Source: Octopus vulgaris (Eukaryota). From it: a stretch of 64,000 bases of DNA. A program made the position numbers and the translations under genes. The stretch spans positions 22,940,001 through 23,004,000 of the forward strand of contig OX597815.1 in assembly GCA_951406725.2 (NCBI GenBank), given 5' to 3'. The notes under the pieces are model-generated. The model did no database searches and was not told the DNA's origin. It saw only the letters and a program-made list of their open reading frames with translations. Shown here piece by piece: positions 12,183 to 25,027 of this stretch; the stretch's first letter is position 1; every line of letters starts with the position of its first letter.

Positions 12183-12404
12183 CCCTTTAGTGTTCACATT
12201 ATTCTGCCAAAATTAATGCCTTTTTATCCACATTATTTTGAACTAATCATGCATTATCTTGTAGCTATGAGATTTTGATGAGGTAGCTGTTCATTTTTAA
12301 AACGATATTGTAGGGTTGGTGTGAGAGACCAGATCTGGCCAGTTTGAACATAAAACAGGCAGAATACTTTTGGCCGGATATGGCCGGTTTAAATGCTTAA
12401 AGGG
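12183..12404. mobile_element. piggyBac-like MITE D1
   Basis: TTAA|CCCTTTAG...AAAGGG|TTAA. Confidence 0.85.
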
Positions 12405-13065
12405 TTAAAATAATTTATGATACTATCCCAGCAATTAATCATAGTAATATATCTAAGAGTGGTGTATGCTATTGTCCCATAAAAAATATCTTTGTAATCC
12501 TGTTCCCACTTGTTTTCTAACTCATTTCGATTATGCCCTAAAACTTGCTATGATCCTCTCAATCATTCACTTTTATGCAGTTGTCAACTATTTACCAAGG
12601 AAGGTTTATATGTTTATATGTCAATCGAGGAAAATAAAGACTTTTTTTTTTCTTTTATGAGTGTACAGACTTGTTAAGTGACTTCATCCAATACCATTGC
12701 CACCTGACAGCTTTAAATCACACCTATGACACCTGATATTCTCAAATTAGCTTACTTTTTATACAACTTGCTTATAGGCCCAACACATTACATATGTACG
12801 TGTGTAACAGTATGTAAGGGAACAAACATGCACATCAATACTTACTATCCAGTAATATTTTATATGATCTTCACAATTAAGAAGGAGTCCTGATAACTTT
12901 TTTGGAGATCCTAAAGTGATGCATGTGGTGTGTGTGTGTGTGTGTGAGTGTGTGTAAGTACATATGCTAGTGTGAGTACACATACACACAACAAATATAT
13001 TTATGTGAACAATCAATTCACCTCTATCATCCTCTTCTAAATTATATGAAACAAGTGAACCTATA

Positions 13066-13465
13066 GGTGTAGGAGTGGCTGTGTGGTAAGTAGCTTGCTT
13101 TCCAACCACATGGTTCCGGGTTCAGTCCCACTGCGTGGCACCTTGGGCAAGTGCCTTCTACTATAGCCTCAGGCCGACCAAAGCCTTGTAAGTGGATTTG
13201 GTAAACAGAAACTGAAAGAAACCTGTCGTACATATGTATATATGTGTGCGTGTGTGTATGTTTGTGTGTCTGTGTTTGTCCCTCCAACATCACTTGACAA
13301 CCGATGCCGGTATGTTTACGTCACAGTAACTTAGCGGTTCAGCAAAAGAGACCGATAGAATAAGTACTAGGCTTAATAAAGAATAAGTCCTGGGGTTGAT
13401 TTGCTCGAATAAAGGCGGTGCTCCAGCAAGGCCACAGTCAAATGACTGAAACGAGTAAGAGTAAG
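13066..13465 (+). mobile_element. SINE family A, full length
   Basis: Head-to-tail match with other copies. Confidence 0.9.
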
Positions 13466-13654
13466 TGAACCACATCCACCACTACCACCACCTTTACAAC
13501 TATTTAAAATACAAACTACACTAAAGCATGGGAGAGTAAAACAAACTAAGAAGTTAATAGGAAAATGTAAACTCTTAGTAAGGATGAAATAATATATACA
13601 TCAATACTTGATTATGTGTTTGTCTGCGTAAATATGTAAATATACACCTGTATA

Positions 13655-13981
13655 CATCATCATCATCATTATCATCATCGTTTAACGTCCGCTTTCCATG
13701 CTAGCATGGGTTGGACGATTTTGACTGAGGGCTGGCGAACCAAATGGTTGCACCAGGCTCCAATCTTGATCTGGCAGAGTTTCTACAGCTGGATGCCCTT
13801 CCTAATGCCAACCACTCTGAGAGTGTAGTGGGTGCCTTTTACGTGCCACCAGCATGGGGGCCAGTCAGGCGGTACTGGCAATGACCTCACTCGAATCTTT
13901 TTACACATGTCACCGGCACAGGTGCCAGTAAGGCGACACTGGTAACGATCACTCTCAAATGGTGCCATGCTCAAATGGTGC
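13655..13981 (-). mobile_element. Family B retroposon ((GAT)n tail, 5'-truncated)
   Basis: Minus strand GTTGGCATTAGGAAGGGCATCCAGCTGTAGAAA...CCCATGCTAGCATGGAAAGCGGACGTTAAAC(GAT)n. Confidence 0.85.
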
Positions 13982-14335
13982 GCGCTTGATATTCCAAAAT
14001 GTGTTTAATGTATAACAGACTAATTTGTGATAAACACCAAGTGGGTAATAAAGGAATGAAAAACTGACAAAGACAACAGAAGTGGTGGGGAAGGGGGTGG
14101 TCCCTTCAGTCTTGGCAAGGATGAGAAAACTTCTGTGGTACCCTTGGAGGATAGGGATGTGCAAAACAACCTATCTAATGCTGGTGGTACAATAAAATGC
14201 ATCCAAAAGAGACCAGAGGTTGGTGATACAAAGGGCATACGGCCATAGAAAGCATACGGAAACTGGAATGTACAAGTAAGATGTAGTTTTCACCCCCTCA
14301 AGAAATGCAGTGAGCATGAATATGAACGGATTCAG

Positions 14336-14338
<3 letters not shown>

Positions 14339-14387
<49 letters not shown>

Positions 14388-14420
14388 TGCGCACAAGTGT
14401 GTGTGTGTGTGTGTGTGTAC
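14339..14420. repeat. (GT)n microsatellite
   Basis: Directly visible. Confidence 0.95.
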
Positions 14421-14831
14421 ATGCATGCACACTTATGCATGCATACATGCTTGCATGTTTCCTAGTCATGACACCATGTGACAGTAGTAAATGAGCATCA
14501 TTGTCATACAAGCAGTGTCATTCATTTCCAATATTCTGCAAAAACAAGGTCCAGCCATGAGGGAAATGTTATCTTGTTCGGAAACAGGTCGGGTTGGGTG
14601 ACCGGAAGGGCAACTGACTATAGTAAATCTGCTTCAATGAACTCCATCTGACCTATGCAAGCATAGAAAGGTGAACATCAAAACAATGATGTTGATAGAT
14701 TCTCTTATTACTTTTGAAAATGGAATGTTCCATTTATTTGACTAATATAGTCATTGAATTTTATATAATAATAATAATAATGAAATTACTGTATACATTT
14801 TAGTGCAAGTGACAGTATTTTCTGAAGACGC

Positions 14832-15140
14832 TGTGATACCAGTGCCGGTGGCACGTAAGAGAACCATCTGACCGTGGCCGTTGCCAGCTTCGTCTGGTCT
14901 CCGTGCTGGTGGCACATAAAAAACACCATCCGATCGTAGCCGTTTGCCAGCCTTGCCTGGCACGTAAAAAGCACCTACTACAGTCACAGAGTGGTTGGCG
15001 TTAGGAAGGGCATCCAGCTGTAGAAACACTGCCAGATCAGACTGGGCCTGGTGCAGCCTTCTGGCTTCTCAGACCCCAGCTGAACCGTCCAACCCATGCT
15101 AGCATGGAAAGCGGACGTTAAACGATGATGATGATGATGA
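14832..15140 (+). mobile_element. Family B retroposon
   Basis: Three TGGCAC(G/A)TAA modules, shared 3' domain, (GAT)n tail. Confidence 0.85.
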
Positions 15141-15400
15141 CATGTCTCTGTCAGGTAGCATCAGTATGATATGAAGTATGCCAAGGCTGGTTCCTCAAAT
15201 CAAAGGTACAGCTCAACTGACAGGCTTCTCTATAGTGTTTACACAACTTCACTCACAAGGATGGAACTAATCCAAGACTATAATGGAAAACGAACGCTTG
15301 CCAACAGTACCATGCAGTGGGATCAAACCTGGAACAAACTTCTTAACCACACCCCACACATACAAATAAGAAAATATTTAAGTGAATGTATGTAATAATA

Positions 15401-15759
15401 GATGCAGGCCTGGCTGTGTGGTAAGAAGCTTGCTTCGCAACCACATGGTTTGGGGTTCAGTTCCACTGCACGGCACTTTGGGCAAGTGTATTCTACTATA
15501 ACCTTAGGCCGACAAAAGCCTTGTGAGTCGATTTGGTAGAATCCGTCATGTGCGTGTGTGTGTTTGTCCTCCCACACCACTTGACAACTGGTGTTGGTAT
15601 GTTTACATCCCCATAACTTAGCAGTTCAGTAAAAGGCACTGATAGACTAAGTAGCAAGCTTTAAAAAAACATAAGTACTGAGTCAATACATTCAACTACA
15701 AATTCTTCAAGGCAGTGCCCCAGCATAGCTGCAGTCTAATGACTGAAACAAGTAAAAGG
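15401..15759 (+). mobile_element. Older SINE A-like copy
   Basis: TGGCTGTGTGGTAAG head, TTGGGCAAGTG, GACTGAAACAAGTAAAAG tail. Confidence 0.8.
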
Positions 15760-15929
15760 TAATGAATAGGAGTTCAAGTCAATACCGAGGGTTTCATGTT
15801 GATTAGTCTCAAATGGAATTAACTGCAATAAATGCACCTATTGATCATTCTACATGAATTGGTGATTATTTCAAAAGGAAACTATGTATACAAAACTTTG
15901 CGTTTGACATCCTAGTTACTATGCTGCTG

Positions 15930-16246
15930 AGATCCCCTTCGGTCATGCTTGACCATGGGATTGCACCTAGAAAGTTACCCTCCCAGGTACAAGTCCGGGC
16001 AAGGTTGTTTATGGAAGACCAGCAGCCTTCCCTCTCCACACCACCTATGTTATCCAAGGGAAAGGCAAGGGCCTATACAGCTTGGCACCTGTGATGTCGC
16101 AACTCATTTCTACAGCTGAGTGAACTGGAGCAACGTGAAATAAAGTGTCTTGCTCGAGAACACAACACATAGCCCGGTCCGAGATTCGAACTCAAAACCT
16201 GACGGTTGTAAGTTCGACGCTCCAACCACTGAGCCATGCACCTTCA
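15930..16246 (-). mobile_element. tRNA-derived SINE with CORE-like central domain
   Basis: Minus strand TGGCTCAGTGG (A box), GAGTTCGAATC (B box), GAGCAAGACACTTTATTTCACGTTGCTCCAGTTCACTCAGCTGTAGAAATG. Confidence 0.75.
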
Positions 16247-17119
16247 CAGTTACTATATACGCACACATATACACATTTCAGACTATTATGTTTTAAGTTC
16301 TCCTTTCTTCAAACCTTTGGCACTCATTAGTTTTGAAAACTATATAACACACTGTAGATCATATGAGTTAATCCTTTGTTAAGAAAGTATTTCTAGCTTT
16401 ACAGTAAAGCAAGTTTCAGATCAAAGCTTAGCAAATCATGCAGCTCTGATCATCAAAGAATCACAATTTCAATCTTATTGAGTTTCATTTGCTTCAGTGC
16501 AGTTATTTAGAACTATACATGTTCTCTAAGTTAAACTATGAATATATGAATTGATATCCAGAACAAAACATCTGATTATATAAATTTGTCAGTGTCCAAG
16601 AAAAATTGTGTAACACCATAAAACATATAGGATTGATTAATTCTATCTAAGAAAATATTAGGCCTTTCACTGAAACAATGTGATGATGACACAACCAAAA
16701 TATTGCAGATTCAACCTACAACAATGATGATGTGATATAACTGGTAGCCTTTTACTACTATTGGGTTATTATTAGCATTGATGAAATAATACATTCATAA
16801 AAGAGATAAATTCACAAATCATATAAAGAGATAAATCCACACATACACACATACATGTATAGATATTTGGTGGAGCAAACAGGAGGAACAGAACTCAGCA
16901 GATGAGTATATGGTTTTTAATCAGAAAAATTACAAAAGTGACCCAAGGACTAAGAGTTGTAACTATTTTCCTGTGCATGAGTTTTTTTTATGTTTGTCTG
17001 AGAGCTAATGAGCAAACTTTATGCAGTTGCTTGAACTGAAAAAATTCTTGCCAAATCTTTCCCAAATGTTACCCCACCATTTTCAAAATGGGCAAAGTTA
17101 GCATAAGTATTTGACTTAA

Positions 17120-17591
17120 CCCTTTCGTTACCAACCCGGCCAAAACCAGCTCTGGCTCTGTAGTACAAATGTCTTGTTTTCATAAGTTTTGAATTAAAAT
17201 CTTTCACCAAACCTTAGTCACAATTTATGTTCCTAACTCTAGCTTAATGATAACTGAGTTATTTTACTAAATTCTTTGTTATATTTAAAGTAATTGAAAG
17301 AAATACAGAACATCTCAAAATAAATACAGTAACGAAAGGGTTAAAATATATAATAGAGAAACAATTCTTAACCCTTTTGATAGCAACCTGGCTGAAACCG
17401 GCTCTGGCTCTGAGTACAAATGTCTTGTTTTCATAAGTTTTGAATTAAAATCTTCCACCAAACCTTACTCACAATTTATGTTCCTAACACTAGCTGAATG
17501 ATAACTAAGTTATTTTACTAAATTCTTTGTTATATTTAAAGTAACTGAAATAAACACAGAGCATCTCAAAATAAATACAGTAACGAAAGGG
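17120..17591. mobile_element. piggyBac-like MITE D2, tandem dimer
   Basis: TTAA|CCCTTTCGTTAC...GTAACGAAAGGG|TTAA; same 23-nt inter-unit spacer as at 5752-5774. Confidence 0.85.
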
Positions 17592-18228
17592 TTAAAGCAT
17601 GAGCCACTATTAACAGATATTATCTTATAAATAAGAGAGTCTTTTTCTGAATGTGAAGCCAACTATAGTTTCAAAATTAATTGAAATATAGGCAGTGTAT
17701 TTCATAGGAAAATTTGTTACACACAAAATAATACCTGGTCTTTAGGTACCTTTAACAAATTTCATTGCATGCATTCAGACAACTAGTTCCTGCCCTATTC
17801 ATATTTTCCAGCACACATTGGTCTATAAAAATGCTTGGGACAGGCAACAGCTGCATCAATCTCACCAGTGTAAGGAGACCAACAAAGATCATGAGCAATG
17901 TACTTCCACCTTTGGATAAATCTCACCAACCAGAAAGGAGCTTTCAAGAGTGATGAGCAATATTCTCTTCCCTCAGAGTAACTTATAAAAAGTATAAAAC
18001 TATAGGTTTTGCCACAAATATTAAATGAACTTACCAAATGCTAATTTGACACTAAGGTATTTATTTTAATATGTGTGCATGTGTGGTGCTGCATTATTTA
18101 TGTTAGAGTCCAGTTAGGTGAGAACTAATGATATATAGCTTCAGTGTGAATGCTTAGCCTGTTATAGATGCTAGCAGATATACTTTAAATCATACCTCCA
18201 TATATCTTAAATTAGAAAAGGGCACTTT

Positions 18229-18565
18229 CATCATCATCATCATTTAACGTCTGCTTTCCATGCTAGCATGGGTTGGACGATTTGACTGAGGTCTGGCGAA
18301 CCAGACTCCAATCTGATCTGGCAGCTTTCACGTGCCACCGGCACGAGGGCCAGTTTGGTGGTACTGGCAATGGCCACGCCCAAACGGTGCGTTTTATGTG
18401 CCACCTGCACAGGAGCCAGTCCAGCAACACTGGCAACGACCTCGCTCCAATGTTTCACGTGCCACCTGCACAAGTGCTAGTAAAGCGATGCGGTAACAAT
18501 CACGCTCGAATGGTGTGTTTAACATGCCATCAGCATGAAGGCCAGCTTGTTGCTCTGGCAACAAT
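18229..18565 (-). mobile_element. Family B retroposon, internally deleted
   Basis: (CAT)n then TTTAACGTCTGCTTTCCATGCTAGCATGGG; repeated GTGCCACC modules. Confidence 0.8.
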
Positions 18566-20758
18566 CCTACAAACTCTATAAAATAAGGGACGGTTATGGT
18601 TGGAACACCTTTGGTCATTGTTCTGCTCAATCAGGGTTGACCTGGGGCTAAACAACAATAATAGTACATTAGCTGATGTTGCATCAGAGCCTTTAGGATG
18701 GTAATAGTTACATGAAACATCAACAAAATACTCAACTTCTGCCAAAGTATTTACCCCATGTATCAAATATGAACGCTCAAGAAACATTTTATAATTATTT
18801 TTTGGCCTTTTATTGAGATCTCCATGGGTTAGTGACCACTCTTCAACAAATATTGTTTTCTTTTTTGTTACCTTGTTTAACCTTTATGGCTTAATCAGAG
18901 GAGGAGTGGACGATGCCCATGACTCTTCATTTTCAGGGTCATGGCCTCTATGATTAGTAAAAGGACATAACCCTCAGACTGGAAATCTAGCCAGAATGCT
19001 TGCAATCGAATAGACTCCACTAGAAGTCCTCATGGGTCAGGTGGTGATGTTAAACTGGACAAAAGATTAAGTCTATTAAAACTGCCAATTTTAAACACTA
19101 ACATTCCAGAAAACAATCCAAAAAAAAATACGTACAAGATCATATCTATGCTTAGTGCTGTTTGAGAAATGAAAAATATTAGAAAAACTGTCTCCAGAGT
19201 ATTTAGTAGCTACAATGAAACAAGGAACTATATAGTTTTTAACAAGCAATCTTTCCTTACATTGTATGTTACAACTTAGAGAAAGTTGTGAACATCTTGA
19301 CTTGTCAGAATCATAAACTTCCTGTTTGAAAAAGAAAGTATAGCAGATCCAGTAGAGTTAAGTATCTTGCCTGAGAACAATGCAATGCTAGCAACAGAAT
19401 ATAAACACACAGTGCATGATCTTTATCCACTAAATTATTACTCCCTCTACAGACATAAAATTATACATGCATATACATACATACATATATATATACAATA
19501 TAGATATACAAACACACAGACACATTACTTATATCCTATGAAGAAAATCACTGAATGCATATGAAAACAGAAATATCATTTCCCTGTTGTACTTAAGAGT
19601 GCAGAAATATTTCTAAGCTTGAGTCACTTTAAAAACAAGCCAAGAAATTTAACCAATTACTCATTAGATTTAGACTCTTAACATCTACCCTGGTTTAAGA
19701 GAATTTATAGAGTCATCAAGTGAGAAAATAAATCACGCATGATTAAACAAAAAAATGACATAAAAACAATGTTAAAATGTGTTGGTGAGTTGAAGTGTGA
19801 AGTTAGAGAACACACTTGAAAATGAAGAGACTACTAATTGTGCATGTCTGTGTATGTTTGCTTGTAAGTGTGTAAAGCATTGTATATATATATATATTTT
19901 ATTACATGTATATAGAATAATTTATTGTATATACATTTGCCTGTGTTATGTTACTAACTGTATATACATATATGCATGATGATAGCTTGTAGGTGAGAAA
20001 AAAAAATATGACTAACTGAATAAATAATAAAACTAAATTGTTATAAATTATTATCATTATTAGCAACACTATCATCATCATCATTTTAGGCTAATGATGA
20101 TAAAACAAGATAGAAAATTAGTACAAGATCTGCCTGTTATGCAAGTAGCAAGCAAAAGAAGCGGTACCTTATCAATAAAAAGATCGACAAACAGATGTAA
20201 TAATATTCAACCATGAGGGGATAGTGGGGATAGTATTGGACAAGCTGCAAGTAGCCATGAAATAAGAATATCTTAGGTTACCAAGCATGTGTCTTAAGAC
20301 TTGTGAGGAAATTGTTTAGCAATTTTCACAAACATCACCTACCCATGCTTTCTCCTCTCTCCCACTACATACCAAGTAAACCAAAATAACATCAATAAAT
20401 TCATTGAGGACAAAGTAAGCATGGGTACTACCTACGTTTTTTTTTTATTTATCATTTTATCTATTCACTTCCATCCAATCACCTATGTATGTATTTAGTT
20501 CTATTCATTCATTCATCAACATATATAATTCTAGCCACTCATCAAGTTCCACCCAGCCACCTCAGTTAACCATTTTTGTTTCACTTTACCCATCTATTCA
20601 TCCACTTCCAGCCATCCAGCTATCTATCTGTCTATCAATCTATCTTTCTATCTCTCTATCTATCTACCAAAACAAATTATCCAATATCTATGTATCAGGC
20701 TATCTATTACTGTATCCATCTTCTGCTACAATTATAAATGAGATTATCCAAGTTTTAC

Positions 20759-20920
20759 CTGTATGATCCCCTGATTCGACTGTCATCCTCTCTCGATATA
20801 GAACTTGCTGTTTCGGAATTAAAACACAGTAGTTCCTCCTCCATGGTTGGGGGTCAGAAGGTTGTAATTCCAGTGTCAATGCAGTTATTAAATAGCGGCT
20901 GAAGTCCGTCCACTCCTTCA
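20759..20920 (-). CDS. Candidate coding exon of an unidentified minus-strand gene
   Basis: Donor CAG|gtaaaa; upstream T-run+AG acceptor gives a 162-nt phase 1-1 open exon (KEWTDFSRYL...PWRRNYCVLIPKQQVLY...DHT). Alternatively ccaaccATGG at 20844 starts MEEELLCFNSETASSISREDDSRIRGSY. Non-repetitive and CpG-retaining. Confidence 0.45.
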
Positions 20921-21169
20921 CTTAAAAAAAAAAAATCAAAATGGGGCGGGAAGGGGAGGAAGATTAACGTGTTGAAAAGCCACCCTGATGAGGAGGGAGG
21001 TCGGAAAGCGTGTAAGAAACGGTAGAGGAATTTGGGTGCGGGAAGAGGAGAGATTGGGGTGGGACATAAGAACTCCAAAATTCTGAAACTCAACTGAGCT
21101 CCTCCGAGCAACATGAAGCATCAACGGCGGTCAATGGGGGGGTGGTGTTGTCTGGTGCCACTTCCAAAA

Positions 21170-21383
21170 GAAGAAGCAGCAACAAGAACAGCAACAGCAG
21201 CAGTAACAAAGATGATGACAGCATGAAGCTGAGTGTCACACTGATGAGGCCAACAGACAATGACAAAGATAACAGCAGCAGCAGTAGCAGCAGCAGCAGC
21301 AAGCACCTAAGAAGACAACACAGCTTCCCAAACATAAACATCAGCAACAGCAGCGGCGATAACAACAACAGCAGCAGCAGTGC

Positions 21384-21418
<35 letters not shown>

Positions 21419-21470
21419 CAGCAGCAGTAGTAGTAGTAGTAGTAGCAGTAGTAGTAGTAGTAGTAGCAGC

Positions 21471-21511
<41 letters not shown>

Positions 21512-21518
21512 CAGCAGC

Positions 21519-21550
<32 letters not shown>

Positions 21551-22175
21551 CAGCAGCAGCAGCAGTAGTAGTAGTAGTGGTAGTAGTAGTAGTAGTAGTA
21601 GTAGTAGCAGCAGTAGTAGTAGCAGTGGTAGTAGTAGTAGTAGTAGTAGTAGTAGCAGCAGTCGTAGTAGTAGTAGTAGTAGTAGTAGCAGCAGTAGTAG
21701 TAGTAGTAGTAGTGGTAGTGGTGGTAGTAGTAAGAAGAAGGGTGAGAGAAGGCCATCATCATCATCTATTTCATTACTGTCCACCTGCCAGAATGAAGAG
21801 CATCATCTCAAAAACACTCGTCCCCTCCCCTCGAGCAAAGGCGGCAGCAGCGGCAGCAGCGGCAGCAGCAGCAGCAGCACATGAGAGCAGAAACAACATA
21901 GCAGCAGCAGCAGCAGAAGCAGCAGCCAGTTGTTGTTGTTGTTGTTGTTGTCATCAACAGCAGCAGCAGCAGCAGCAGTTGTATAAGTAACTGTATGGCC
22001 TGCTGCTGTTGTTGTTGTTGTTGTTGCAGGTGTCGACACAAGGAAGATGATGACGATGATGATGCTGATGCCATTCCCGCTGCTGCTATTACTACTACTA
22101 CTACTACTATACTACAACTACTACTACTACCACCACCACCACTAACACTACTACTACTACTACTACTACTAGTGC
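21170..22175. repeat. Trinucleotide repeat cluster (GCA, GTA, TGT, GAT, CTA)
   Basis: ~350-nt mixed (GTA/GCA)n at 21383-21730, (GCA)n/(TGT)n at 21840-22025, (CTA)n at 22090-22170. Confidence 0.95.
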
Positions 22176-22635
22176 AATAGCAGCAGAGGGAGGCTGAGAG
22201 TGCTGATGCTGCAACTGTCTTTGACTTCTGTTTTGTGTCTTGTTTACCACTTCCTCATCTCTCACATTTTTATTCCTCTTCATTCATTTCCTCGGTCATT
22301 CATTTCCTTTGCACCGTCTCTCATTCATTTCCGCCACCCCCCCACCACCACCACACACACACACACACACACACACTCTGATTCTCTGTCCCTTTCTCCA
22401 GTTTCTTCTTCTTCTTCGTTCTTAAACATTTTATTCCAGATCAATCGAACACTCATTTCTTGCTACTCTGACTTAGCCATTTCACTCTTACTCCTTCTCC
22501 CCCCCCCCCCCCACAACCACCACCCTCTTCATCTTCACCTCTTTTACTCTCTCTTTCCACAATTGCATTTTCACTTTCATTCCACCCCTTTCTGTTGTGT
22601 CACTCTTATCTTTCTCACATCATTCAACTCCTTTT

Positions 22636-22670
<35 letters not shown>

Positions 22671-23041
22671 TACATACATACACCTGCTCACTCCACTCCT
22701 TTTCTTCCCTCCACACCCCCAAATACTCATGTTATTCTTTCTGTGCTCACTCCTCCTCCATCAATCCTTACTCCAGTCATCTCACCAGTCTGGGAGGATC
22801 AGAAAGGGCTATGGGCAAAACCATATTTCAAATAAAAGAACAAAAAAAAAAATCCCTCCCTTCCACGCTTTTCTCAATTCCCAATCACTCTAATCTCCCC
22901 TCTCTCTCCCTTCCTCTCCCTCTCTCATCAAACCAACTTGCACTGACCTGCACTTCACATTTTATCCACTAATTCCATTTTTCCCCAATCAATTCTCAGC
23001 ATGCCCTCCCTATCATGACTTCTAAACATATCTCCATACAT

Positions 23042-23462
23042 CTCTTTACTCTTTTACTCTTTTACTTGTTTCAGTCATTTGACTGCGGCCATGCTGGAGC
23101 ACCGCCTTTAATCGAGCAACTCGACCCCGGGACTTATTCTTTTTTGTGAGCCCAGTACTTATTCTATCGGTCTCTTTTGCCGAACCGCTAAGTAACGGGG
23201 ACATAAACACACCAGCATCGGTTGTCAAGCGATGTTAGTGTGACAAACACAGACACACAAACACACACACGCATATATATATATATATATACATATATAC
23301 AACGGGCTTCTTTCAGTTTCCGTCTACCAAATCCACTCACAAGGCTTTGGTCGGCCCGAGGCTATAGTAGAAGACACTTGCCCAAGGTGCCACGCAGTGG
23401 GACTGAACCCGGAACCATGTGGTTGGTAAACAAGCTACTTACCACACAGCCACTCCTGCGCC
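23042..23462 (-). mobile_element. SINE family A, young full-length copy
   Basis: Head to (GTAAAAGA)n tail; CpGs largely intact. Confidence 0.9.
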
Positions 23463-24260
23463 TATTTTCTTTTCTATGGATTCATTTCATTAATTTTCCA
23501 TCATACAAATCCACCAAGGCCTTTCCCTTCCCACTTTCACATAAAAGAACTGTCATTCACCTTCCAACAATTTACCCATTTCTTTCCCCTCACCTTACCT
23601 CACCTTAACCTTGCACCACCACCTTCCCTAAATTCCTCCACTCCTTTTATTAAGGACACAACCCATTTACTCCATATTTTTTGTATTATTATTATTATTA
23701 TTATTACTATCTTCTTCTTATTAGATCTTTCTCACTCCTTTGTAGCATTCAGGTCCTCTTATTACCAAAACACTCAATGAGCAATGCAGTGCCCCACCCA
23801 TCATATAAATAACCAATCCCCAAATAAAAACACACTATATTTACCATGATCACACTATCATAAAATCAAGAGCTGAGATTGATTCATTTGTGACATAGTT
23901 TAAGCATTAATCAGCTGATTCTCACCAGATCGCCTTTTCACTTTGGCTAATTTCTTTGCTTATTGGGCTTTTCTTCTTTTTTTCTTTATTTCTTAGAGCT
24001 CTACTTTTTTACTTAAAGAAGACTTCCAATTGTGGAGACATCAGTAGAGAGAGTTACTAGCAAACAACCACACAGCTACTACAGAAGTTTTATCAATCCT
24101 GTTGCCTTGGAAGGAGTTCTTATATTTTTTTCTTTCCAGTGCTGTACAAGGCAGTGTTTACTGTGGGCAACTAGGTTGAATACCACTTATTTACACTCTC
24201 GTTAATATATTTTAGCTAACACTGTTGTGAAGTGGTGAACATTCTTGAAGGTTTTATTTT

Positions 24261-25027
24261 TGGCACGTAAAACGCACTAAGCGTTCGTGGCCATTACCAG
24301 CCCACCCTGGTACTTATACCAGTGGCAAGTAAATAGCACCATCCGTACGTGGCCAATGCCGGCGCCGTCTTGACTGGCTTGTGTCGGCATGTAAAAACTA
24401 CCAACAGATCACAGCCATTGCCAGCCTCCACTGGCACCTGTGCTGGTGGTACGTAAAAATCACCCACTACACTCATGGAGTGGTTGGCATTAGGAAGGGC
24501 ATCCAGCTGTAGAAATACTGCCAGATCAGACTGGAGCCTGGTGCAGCCTCCTGGCTTCCCAGACCCCGGTTGAACCGTCTCACCCATGCTAGCATGGAGA
24601 ACGGACGTTAAATGATGATGATGATGTCATTGCCAGTGCCGGTCGTTACACTGTTTCGACCCTGTGCTTGAAGAGACCTATTGAGTCAAGTACATCAACA
24701 TCAAAAATCAATGGACATTGTAGTTGTGATACCTGTGCCAGTGGCACGTAAAAATCACCATCCGAACGTGGCCAATGCCAGCGCCACCTTGACTGGCTTC
24801 CATGTCGGTGGCACGTAAAAAGCACCAACTGATCGTGGCCATTGTCAGGCTCGCCTGACACATGCACCCAATAAACTCACGGAGTGGTTGGCATTAGGAA
24901 GGGCATCCAGCTGTAGAAACTCTGCCAGATCAGACTGGAGCCTAGTGCAGCCTTCTGGCTTCCAAGACCCCGGTCGAACTGTCCAACCCATGTTAGCATG
25001 GAAAACAGACATTAAACGATGATGATG
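24261..25027 (+). mobile_element. Two head-to-tail family B retroposons
   Basis: Two 3' domains with GAT tails ending at ~24626 and ~25027. Confidence 0.85.

Noticed and set aside
21142-21990. 282-aa ORF and overlapping poly-L/Y/C ORFs
   Set aside because: Produced by stop-free triplet repeats; no domain content.
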